DNA of 64,000 nucleotides from Octopus vulgaris (Eukaryota): contig OX597814.1 of assembly GCA_951406725.2 (NCBI GenBank), forward strand, positions 157,170,001 through 157,234,000, given 5' to 3'. The position numbers and the translations under genes are program-made. How positions within the stretch are numbered: the stretch's first letter is position 1; the number at the start of each line of letters is the position of its first letter. The notes beneath the pieces were generated by a model. The model saw only the letters and a list, made by a program, of their open reading frames with translations. It did not search any database and was not told where the DNA came from. Positions 54,011 through 64,000 of the stretch are shown piece by piece.

Positions 54011-54359
54011 GGGCTTGTAGCATGGTGTAAATACTGTTTGCAGGAATGTCGATGAATGATGAGGCACCAGGTAGTTGCTTGATTTTACGCAGGATACATA
54101 CTTTGTCGGAAGAGCTGTAAATAATCATACCACATTCGGAATATGTCATACAAACAGAGAAGCACTCAATTAGTGATCGAATGTTTGACATCTTAATCAA
54201 CTTGTCAGCTTCTGGAATGGCAGTTACAGGTGGTGGAACACGAATTCCATAATATTCCCTGCAGGCTACATTACTGCCCAAGCATAATAATAGCACTGAG
54301 AATATAATTACGTGAAGATTTCCTCTTCGAATGTCGTGACTAACTGGTAAGTAATTCAT
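54011..54359 (-). CDS. PAN/Apple + C-type lectin gene B, exon 1 (hydrophobic leader + PAN domain)
   Basis: ORF MNYLPVSHD...VIIFSVLLLCLGS (hydrophobic leader), then C-x3-C-x5-C-x11-C (ECFSVCMTYSECGMIIYSSSDKVC), a 4-Cys PAN/Apple pattern. Ends at ...CAA GCC C|GTGAGT, a phase-1 donor (GT at 54010-54009). Paralogous to 1463-1820. Confidence 0.85.
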
Positions 54360-54621
54360 ATTTCTTTATTATATTGTGATGAATAGCACTTCAGACAGTT
54401 TCAGAATAAGGAAATAACTATAACTTCTCGCACAGAATAGATATCTTGTCTCCTTTATTTCGTATTGAATTATCTTCTCGTTTTCAATTCTCGCTTGCTG
54501 TGTTTTAAAATTGAAATGAAAATGCTTCCACAAATAAATCGAATGGCGTGACACTCTGATTAACTACTCCTTCCCTTACACGGAAACCGTGAGAATTGCT
54601 ATTTATCAGGCTATAATAAAG

Positions 54622-54675
<54 letters not shown>

Positions 54676-54835
54676 GTGTGTGTGAGTGTGTGCGTGTGAC
54701 TATGTCACTATGTGCGCGCGTCCGTGCGTGTGTGTACGTACCTGTGTATGTGTATGTGGGTGCATGTACGAGTGTATACGTGTGTATGCATGCGTACGCG
54801 TGTATACGTACCCACAAGTTTGTACCTGCATTCTG

Positions 54836-55795
54836 GCGTAGGAGTGGCTGTGTGGTAATTATTGAGTTGTCCGGAAAGTTCATGCCGATTTTTAAAGGAA
54901 AGAAAAACGTCAATAAATACTTGCCACCACATTTCTAATCAACCAAATATGAACCATTTTGTTGCACAATACGTCTCCATCTTTCTTTTAACTTAAAAAT
55001 ACCCTCTTCCCAGAATTGAGGGGGTTTCATGGCAAAGAATTCGTCAATGTATCTTTTTACGTCATCCAAGGATTTGAAATTTTTACCATTAAGACTATTC
55101 TGCAGCGACCTGAATAAGTGGAAATCCGAAAGAGCAATATCTGGTGAATATGGAGGGTAGAGTAACACATCCCAGCTGAACAATTTTTGTTTGGTTCCCA
55201 AAGCATCAACTGCCGAAAATGAACTTTCTTATCCTCCATTTTAAATGGTTACAATATTAACACAGGTTATAGGAACATAAACCTTCTTCCACAAAAAGAT
55301 AAATTAAACTATGCTCGAAATGGAGGTGTAGTCAAATCCTATTTTATGAACTCAACCATGTTCTAAAATAAGTCGAAATATAAGCTACTATAAATCGGCA
55401 CGAAATTTCCGGACAACCCAATAGCTTGCTTAGCAACCACAAGGTTCCGGGTTCATTCCTACTGCGTGGCACCTTGGGCAAGTATCTTCTACTGTATCCT
55501 CGGGCCGACCAAACCCTTGTGAGTGGATTTGGTAGACGGAAACTGAAAGAAACCCGTCATATATATATATATAGTGTATTTGTATATGGTTGCGTGTCTG
55601 TGTTTGTTCCCCCAATATCGCTTGACAACCGATCGTGTTGTTTTTACGTCCCCATAACTTAGCGGTTCGGCAAAAAGACACAGATTGAATAAGTACTAGG
55701 CTTCCAAAGAATAATTCTTGGGGTCGATTTGCTCGGCTAAATGCGGTGCTCCAGAATGGCCACTGTCAAATGACTGAAACAAGTAAAAGAGTATA
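54836..55795 (+). mobile_element. tRNA-derived SINE split by a mariner insertion
   Basis: Head ggcgtaggagtggctgtgtggtaa resumes as tagcttgcttagcaaccacaaggttccgggttc at 55422. Same family as 63088-63500. Confidence 0.85.
54862..55421 (-). mobile_element. Internally deleted mariner (560 bp), mellifera-like, TA TSD
   Basis: TIRs ttgagttgtccggaaagttcatgccgattt / aaatcggcacgaaatttccggacaacccaa with TA on both sides. N-terminus MEDKKVHFRQLML joined to C-terminus WDVLLYPPYSPDIALSDFHLFRSLQNSLNGKNF. Confidence 0.92.
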
Positions 55796-55819
55796 TATAT
55801 ATATATATATATATAGGGT

Positions 55820-57990
55820 TAATTCGAGGAAGTTAGATCCACATTAAGCATTATATAGCCCAAAATATTCCACTGGATAATCACTATCATATAAGGAGAA
55901 AGTTTCTGCCATATATTAGGGGATTTTGCAGTGATAATTATCATCATTATTGGAAAAAAGAAGAAACTGGAGAAAGATGGAGGAATGAATAATTTAGTTA
56001 TATGATATAAAGATGTTGAAATTTTTAAAAACGATAACAATACAAATAGATTATAAGTTGTAAAGCTCAGAAGGAGAATGAGAGGTGTGAAAAATCTACA
56101 TATATGTTTCAGTTTAATCTCTAGTTTATATGCAATTATAAGCATTTTGGTTATAAGCTCAGAAAGGTATCATAATTAACTATATGGGGTAGACCTTCTT
56201 CAGGGTTCATATGAGCTTAAAGAATTAAGGTTAACATTTTTCTTTGAAGGATGTATAGAGCATATTAATGAGTTTAAGAAGTTAGATCCTATATATAATC
56301 TACGTGTATCTAGTTGGTGAGTATCAGATATTAGTGAAGATGCCATTTAGTACAAAGTAATGTAAATAAAAATTCAAAATAGAAAACAATAAAATAAATA
56401 TAACCTAAAATAAAAAGGGTAAAGAAAGATAAGAATGAGAAAAAAAATCGATGGTAAATAGAAAGTTAATAATATATATATGTAAAATATATATAATATA
56501 AAATGTAAATAAAGAAAATATAAATAGTAGAAAATGTAAATAAAAAATAAAATATATTTGGTATAAAATCTAAATAAAAAGAATAAATATATATAGTACA
56601 AAATAAAAATAAAAATAAAAGTAATAATACTTAATGGCAAATGTTGGAATCCGTGGAAAAGTTCTACGCTGGATTCAGTATTTCCTGGCGAATAGAACAC
56701 AACATGTTGTAGTTGATGGAGTCCACTCAAATCCAGCAAAAGTCACCGGCGGTGTTCCCCAGGGAACTGTTTTGGGTCCGCTACTCTTCATAATTTACGT
56801 AAACGACCTTTCCAGTGTCGTACATCACTGCAAAGTGAAAATATTCGCTCATGACACTAAGCTCCAGCAAATCGTCAATGCAGAAGCAGACCGAACTCAA
56901 CTCCAGTCTGATCTATATGCTGTGAGTCAATTGGCAGACAGCAACAAAATGCAACTGAATGAGGGAAAATTTGAGCTGATGCATTTTGGAAGAAATTCCT
57001 CACTAAAACAACCATACTCTCTTCCTTCAGGGGAACCGCTCACAGCCTCTAACAATATCAGAGACCTGGGTGTAATTTTTGATGACGATCTCAGTTGGAG
57101 TGCACACATCAACAAGAAGGTCGATATAGCTCGTAGGATGAGTTCCTGGATCTTAAGAACTTTCCGGTCCAGAGAACAAGGTGTCATCATACCACTTTTT
57201 TCCTCCTTTGTACGGCCACACCTTGAATACTGCTGCCCACTGTGGTCTCCTCACACAAGACAAAACATCTCCAGAATTGAGTCACCCCAGAGGGCTCTCA
57301 CTAAACAAATTGAAGGCATGGCTGCTCTCGATTATTGGGATCGCCTTAAAGCCTTGAAACTTTACTCCCTCCAGCGTCGCCGTGAGCGGTACATCATTTG
57401 TACGATGTGGAAAATATACCGCCAACTTTGCCCAAACGACCTAAACATTAGCTTCAAGGTTCATCCAAGACTTGGACCACGGGCTATACGTCCCCTGCCA
57501 AATTCAAGATCACAACATACACGTACACTGCAACATAATTTCTTTTCCTCAACAGGCCCTGCCCTATTTAACATTGTCCCGAGGGAGATCAAAGAGGAAA
57601 ATGATCCCATCAACTTCAAACAGAGTCTGGATAGATTCCTTCAAAGAATACCAGATAAGCCACCCATAATTGGATACAACTCACCCAACAAGAACTCACT
57701 ACTTGAACAAAACTGGATACAACTCACCCAACAAGAACTCACTACTTGAACAAAACTTGACTTAAACAGGATTCGAATAATCCTATCAGGTGGTGCTATT
57801 AAGTTAGACATGGCCTGGACCAATCTCTGGTCGAAACATATCTAAGTCTAAGTTTATCTAAGTATACAAGGGAACAAATTATCTTATAAAATAAATGAAA
57901 GATAGGTTAGATGAAAAAATATTCTTTATCGGTTGTATATAAAAATAAATTATTTCTATTGGTTTGGTAATAGATACATTTTAGGAAAGC
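55820..57990. repeat. AT-rich dispersed repeat (probably Penelope-derived) split by a CR1-like LINE; inverted homolog at ~62855-64000
   Basis: 56230-56345 is the reverse complement of ~63715-63828, and 57885-57990 is the reverse complement of ~62857-62965. Confidence 0.7.
56634..57863 (+). mobile_element. 5'-truncated CR1/L2-like LINE with open RT C-terminal frame
   Basis: 371-aa ORF with GVPQGTVLGPLLF, KIFAHDTKL (YADD box altered), RDLGV, VRPHLEY and YSLQRRRER. 3' tail (TCTAAG)n. Confidence 0.92.
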
Positions 57991-58199
57991 TATACATGAG
58001 TCACTATCTCATTAATGGTGGTGGTTTTGATAGGAGAGGGCAAACACAAGCACAAAAATACATACATACCTACAAACATAGATATGAGTGTGTGCATGTA
58101 TGTATGCATATATATATATAAATGTATATAAGTGTGTGTGTGTATATATATATGATGAAATGTATACATATATATTCATACATACACACATGCATATAT

Positions 58200-59520
58200 C
58201 AACAAAATTTATATCGTTATAATTATATATATAGACCCTGTGTCAAAGATATTTTTTATAAATAAATACTATTAGAAATGAGAAAGCAATAAGGTTAGGC
58301 TTAATGTTTAGAATTTTTCAGTTAATCTGTTAGAAAAGGAAAAAAATTGAACAGGGGGAAGGTATACAAAACTATCATATAATGAAATAAAAAAACTGGT
58401 AGATTATATGAGAGTATTATTTAGGCATTGGCTATAATGTAGTATAATATGCTTATAATTGTTATTTATTAGCTATGTTAATATGTAAATTGGAGAATAT
58501 TCGGTTGTAAGAAGGAATATAATATTATGTAATATGAAAAAATCCAAACTATCTAAATTTATGTATAATAGTCAATAGGTTACTAAAATACATTGGAACT
58601 ATTTAGAAGGTACATCGATTATGATATTTGAATTTTAAAATAACCAAAAAAATATGAATTGTTCTATAATTTACTTTACTGTTGAAAAGTAAGAAAGAAA
58701 TAACGTAACGGATATGCAATAATTTTAAAGGTAAGGGAATGTTATTTATATATAGTACGAAATAAATAAGATCGAATGATTTACTGGAATATATATATAT
58801 ATATATGATATTATATGTGTTAGAATATGGATATAAATTCCGGTTCTAACAAGGATCTAATTCAGTATGGATCAAATTTAGTAAATGGTTAATACTAGAC
58901 CTAAATATAAGTGATACTAATATTTATAGAATGATTAATAATATTTACGAAATAGATATTTAGGAGTGTGTAAGAATGGTGAGAACTTTTTAAACCTCTC
59001 ATTTAATGATTTTCTACTAAAAAAAGAATATTATAACGTTCGGATGTACAGAGTTGACAAATTCTATTAAGTGGGTGGTGAGGATTTACAGACCATTTAA
59101 TCTTAAATCTAATTTTAAAACTTATATTAATGTCTTTTAATTTCCAGGGGAATTTAGTAATACTAGTCGAAGACCGTTTGAAAATTAGATGGAAAATTGT
59201 ACGTTCTATAAAAACCTTGCCACCCACCACTGGTATCTTTTCTAATAATATTTATATATTAAAAACATTCAACTTTGACATAGAGTCAATATATGTAATT
59301 ATAGCTACACAAATTTTGTTGATATATGCATTTGTGTATGTACGAGTATATATGTATACATTTGTTTGTGCGTATATATAGATATAAACATAAATATAAA
59401 TATATATAAAAAAATAATATATATATATTTTGTTGTATTTCGGAATGGTCATTTTGCCAGTTTAGCCAATAAAAACACACGCACTATATATTTGGTGTTA
59501 CTTTGCTTCAGTGTTATTTA
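58200..59520 (-). mobile_element. Degenerate Penelope-like fragment (GIY-YIG C-terminus)
   Basis: STSITKFPWKLKDINISFKI..ICQLCTSERYNILF (59003-59230). The terminal ~90 bp is repeated inverted at ~61003-61092. Confidence 0.7.
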
Positions 59521-59623
59521 TTTTTTACATTAATCTTAATCTTATTTCGGGCAGAGTTCTTTCGTTACAGTCCTGTGACCGGATCAGTGGTCCTTTGCTT
59601 TCTGGTATGTTTGTAGGTATGAA

Positions 59624-60915
59624 CGAGGGACGTTCAATAAGTAATGTCCCTGACCCACTTGCAGTTGTTTGATCTAGCTGAAATTTTGCATGTGCAATTA
59701 TTTATATCTCTATAGATGAAGTGGAAAATTACATTTCTGAACTAATTGCGGTTTCTGATTTACAGGTGTTTGAACTGAGTCAAGTGTGAAATGGAGCCTG
59801 TTGAGTGTCGAGCAGTGATTCGGTTTTTGTATTTGAAAGGACGCACACCACGGGAGACTTTCGATGAAATGAAAGTAACTTATGGTGATGATGCCCCATC
59901 ATATGACCATGTAAAACGCTGGCATCGTGAATTCAAACATGGTCGGAACTCTATGGAAACAGCTCCCAAATCTGGTCGCCCTCCTTTTGCCATTCATGAG
60001 GCATCTGTCCGTCAAGTTGAGGCTGCCATTTTGGAAGATCGACGCATAACTATTCGCCAAATAGCCCATGAGGTCAAGATTAGTACCGGGTCTGTGGAAA
60101 CTATCATTCATGACCATTTGCATATGCAAAAGGTGTCTGCCAGATGAATTCTCAGGTTGCTCACACCTTTCCACAAGCAGGAACGCGTCGATTGCTCGAG
60201 GATGAATTTGGAGATGTGCCAAGAAGATGAGTCAAAAGTTTTTAAAAGACTGATTACACAGGATGAAACCTGGGTCCATCACTATGATCCAGAGACCAAA
60301 GCCCAGTCAATGCAGTGGAAGCACCATGACTCACCTCCTCCAAAGAAGGCAAGGGTGCAGCCCTCCGCTGGCAAGGTCATGCTCACAGTCTTCTGGGACC
60401 ATGACGGAGTAGTGATGACAGATTTCCTGGCAAAGGGTACCACAATTACAGGAGCCTATTATGCTTCACTTTTGAGGAAATTAAGAGAAGCTATGAAAAT
60501 CAAGAGAGGGGGCAAGATCAGCAAAGGCATCCTCCTCCTGCAGGACAACACTCCGGTCCACAACTCGCGTGTCACCAGATCAGAAGCACAGGCGTGCGGC
60601 TATGAACTCCTCCCCCATCCCCCTACTCTCCTGACCTTGCACCCACTGATTTTCACCTCTTCCCAGCCACGAAGTTGTTTTTGAAAGGAAAGCGTTTCCC
60701 AGATGATGCAGCCTTGATTTCTGAAGTCACGTCGTGGTTGGAGGACTAAGCTGGTTTCTTCTACAAAAGGGGTCTCCAGAGCTGCATCAAACGATGGAAG
60801 AAATGCGTAACTCTGGGTTCTTCCTATGTAGAAAAAGTCTAATACCTGTGCCAAGTTTCATTGCTCTACTGCTATGGGAAGTGGGTCAGGGGCATTACTT
60901 ATTGAACGCCCCTCG
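59624..60915 (+). mobile_element. Near full-length mariner (1292 bp), irritans-like, inactivated
   Basis: ~37-bp TIRs cgagggacgttcaataagtaatgtccctgacccactt / aagtgggtcaggggcattacttattgaacgcccctcg; right TA intact, left AA. Transposase from 59791 with ITQDETW, LLQDNT and HPP, a TGA at 60145 and a frameshift near 60630. Confidence 0.95.
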
Positions 60916-61149
60916 TACGTATTTGTGCGCTGTGTTTCCCCCCTCCTATCACAATCACCACCATTAATGAGATCGTTACTATATCTATTACCAAACCAAT
61001 AGAAATAACACTGAAGCAAAGTAACACAAAATATATAGTGCGTGTGTTTTTATTGGCTAAACTGGCAAAATGACCATTCCGAAATAAAACAATGTCTGTT
61101 TCAACACACGACTTCACGTAAAAAATCATGCACAACAAATATATAAACG

Positions 61150-61200
<51 letters not shown>

Positions 61201-61205
<5 letters not shown>

Positions 61206-61548
61206 CTGCGGCCATGCTGGAGCACCGCCTTTAATCGAGCAACTCGACCCCGGGACCTATTCTTTTGTAAGTCCAGTACTTATTCTATCTGTCTCTTTTG
61301 CCGAACCGCCAGGTAACAGGGACATAAACACACAAGCATCGGTTGTCAAGCAATGTTTGGGGGACAAACACAGACACACATATATATATATATATATACA
61401 TATATACGACGGGCCTCTTTCAGTTTCCATCTACCAAATCCACTCACAAGGCTTTGGTCGGCCCGAGGCTATAGTAGAAGACACTTGCCCAAGGAAGCAC
61501 GCAGTGGGACTGAACCCGGAACCATGTGGTTGGTAAGCAAGCTACTTA

Positions 61549-61552
<4 letters not shown>
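61201..61552 (-). mobile_element. tRNA-derived SINE (family of 63088-63500)
   Basis: Closely similar to 63120-63485. Confidence 0.85.
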
Positions 61553-61620
<68 letters not shown>

Positions 61621-61622
<2 letters not shown>

Positions 61623-61912
61623 AGGCGCAATGGCCCAGTGGTTAGGGCAGCGGACTCGCGGTCGTAGGATCGCGGTTTCGATTCCCAGACCGGGCGTTGT
61701 AAGTGTTTATTGACCGAAAACACCTAAAAGCTCCACGAGGCTCTGGCAGGGGGCGGGTTTCTGCTGTACTCTTTCACCACTCTTTCTCCCGCTCTTTCTA
61801 CTGTTGGCCTGCTCGCTTAGCCAACGGGGTGGCGTCATTCGAAGGCTAAAACAATGCGAACGCATTGTGTAACAACATCTGATGGTCTGGTTGGTCACGT
61901 GATCACGTGACG
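61621..61912 (+). mobile_element. tRNA-derived SINE (family of 40703-41003)
   Basis: ggaggcgcaatggcccagtggttagggcagcggactcgcggtcgtaggatcgcggtttcgattccc head followed by a non-tRNA body. Confidence 0.85.
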
Positions 61913-62337
61913 TGATATATATATATATATAGTGAATCCAAATAATGAAGAACAAACATATAAAAACTACAACGCAAGGACGTGGTACAAGTAATGTATT
62001 ATCAGACTCTCAGAAAAGAATGAAGGAGAATTTAGCGTTTCGAGCAAAGCTCACCTTCAGAAATAGAGGAAAGTCCAAAAAGAAAGGAAGACGGAGCAAG
62101 AAAATTGCCGACGATTCATATGTGGTTACTTATATATCTATATCTGATAGCTCGTTAGCTACTACACATATTTTTTTCTCTCATTGTTTCTCTCCTTTTT
62201 TTCGGTGTATCTTTCTGTCGAAGAGCGTAGTCTCGAAACGTAAATACTTTTTTCTATTCCTGAGCGCCATACTAATACATTTGTTTGTTTGTACACTACA
62301 TGCCTTCGTCTTTTGTTAATTTTCGTAAACTTTCCTT

Positions 62338-62370
<33 letters not shown>

Positions 62371-62376
<6 letters not shown>

Positions 62377-62451
62377 AAGGAGCTTCTACAGGACTAGAAC
62401 TGTTTCATTTTGAATGAACCAGTTCTAGTCCTGTAGAAGCTCCTTCTATAA
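62371..62451. repeat. 81-bp hairpin (39-bp arms, one mismatch)
   Basis: ttatagaaggagcttctacaggactagaactgtttcatt-ttg-aatgaaccagttctagtcctgtagaagctccttctataa. Confidence 0.95.
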
Positions 62452-62614
62452 AATAAATTAATTTACTCTGCTATGTATTGAGTACCTTATTTACTGTGGT
62501 TAACCCCGACTCAACCCGGGACCTACATATATATATATATATATATGTATGCATATATATATATACACACACATATATATGTATAGATATATATACATAT
62601 ATACTTATATGTAT

Positions 62615-62658
<44 letters not shown>

Positions 62659-63087
62659 CAAATAAATACGTGTGAGTATGGGAAAATATAGATGTGACAA
62701 TGTGTAAACACATTGATTTAAATACATATTTTGTATATATTGATAAATAACGGTTTATAAGTAAGGCATAAAAAATACAAAGCATAACGATCAATTTTTT
62801 CAAACTTTCATCTATGCTTGATTTAAAATATGACGCATATATATGAGATCATCCTTAGTTTTCCTGAACTGTATCTATTACCAAACCAATAGGAATAATC
62901 TATTTTTATTTATAACCGATGAATAATAAATTTTTCATCTAACCTATCCTTCATTTATTTTCTTATATAATGATTTTAGTTAGTATTATTACTTTACTTT
63001 TTATCTAAAATTTATATTATATATATTTTATTTTTGTTCATACTTTATACTATGTATATTTCCTTTTATCTAAATTCTATACTCTTT

Positions 63088-63299
63088 TACTCTTTTATCT
63101 TTTGCTTGTTTCAGTCATTTGACTGCAGCCATGCTGGAGCACCGCCTTAAATCGAGCAACTCGACCCCAGGACTTATTCTTTTGTAAGCCCAGTACTTAT
63201 TCTATCGGTCTCTTTTTACCGAACCGCTAAGTAACGGGGACATAAACACACCAGCATCGGTTGTCAAGCAATGCTAGGGGGACAAACACAGACACACAA

Positions 63300-63330
<31 letters not shown>

Positions 63331-63500
63331 CATATATACGACAGGCTTCTTTCAGTTTCCGTCTACCAAATCCACTCACAAGGTTTGGTCGGCCCTAGGC
63401 TATAGTAGAAGACACTTGCCCAAGATGCCACGCAGTGGGACTGAACCCGGAACCATGTGGTTGGTAAGCAAGCTACTTACCACACAGCCACTCCTGCGCC
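63088..63500 (-). mobile_element. tRNA-derived SINE, complete
   Basis: Minus-strand head ggcgcaggagtggctgtgtggtaagtagcttgcttaccaaccacatggttccgggttcagtccc, internal (TA)n/(TG)n, tail (AAAAGAT/AAAAGAGT)n. Confidence 0.88.
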
Positions 63501-64000
63501 TATATATATATGTATATACATATATATATTGCATATATACTATATATATACTATATATATTTTGCATATATATATTTTTTATTTAATTTCTATTATTGAT
63601 TTTATTTTTATCCCTTTTTATCTTCTTTCTTTACACGGATTTTATTTTTGATTATTTTAAATTTTTGTTTTTGAAATTAATTTTTATTTACTTTATCTAT
63701 TTTGTATTATATAGCATCTTCACTAATATCTATAACTCACCACCTAGATACACTTATATTATATATAGGATCGAACTTCTTAAACTTATTAATATTCTCT
63801 ATGCATCCTGCAAGGAAAAATATTAACCGAAGTCCTATAAGCTCATAATAAGCCTGAAGAAGTTCTGCCCCGTATGATTAAAAATGATACGATTCTTAGT
63901 ATATTATCAAATGCTTAGAATTGCATATCAACTAGGGGTTCGAACTGAAACATATATGTAGGTTTTTTCGCATCTTCTATTTTCTTTATGAGTTTTATGA

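Noticed and set aside
61621-61700. tRNA-like sequence with A/B boxes (also ~40930-41003 and ~63430-63500)
   Set aside because: Each continues into a multi-copy SINE body and lacks a proper acceptor stem. They are SINE heads, not tRNA genes.

Overview
AT-rich, microsatellite-dense eukaryotic DNA. The SINE families and repeat landscape point to an octopus (cephalopod) genome; this is an inference. The only host gene content I can support is a tandem pair of minus-strand lectin-like genes. One is a complete 3-exon gene (54011-54359, 45327-45506, 39683-39921; ~255 aa; hydrophobic leader + PAN/Apple + C-type lectin domain with EPS/WND). The other is the first exon of a paralog (1463-1820) whose remaining exons would lie left of the window. 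Most of the rest is transposon debris: Penelope-like elements, several carrying minimal hammerhead ribozyme motifs; R4/Dong-like LINEs in (TAA)n arrays; CR1/L2-like, Tx1/L1-like and RTE LINEs; mariners; Helitron-like elements; and tRNA-derived SINEs. The top finding is a ~2.5 kb decayed reading frame at ~26420-28900 that none of these explain. Its translated blocks are collinear with an orthobunyavirus-like L polymerase from the N-terminal endonuclease to premotif A, making it a candidate endogenous bunyavirus-like element. The viral comparison relies on recalled sequence and needs a database check.
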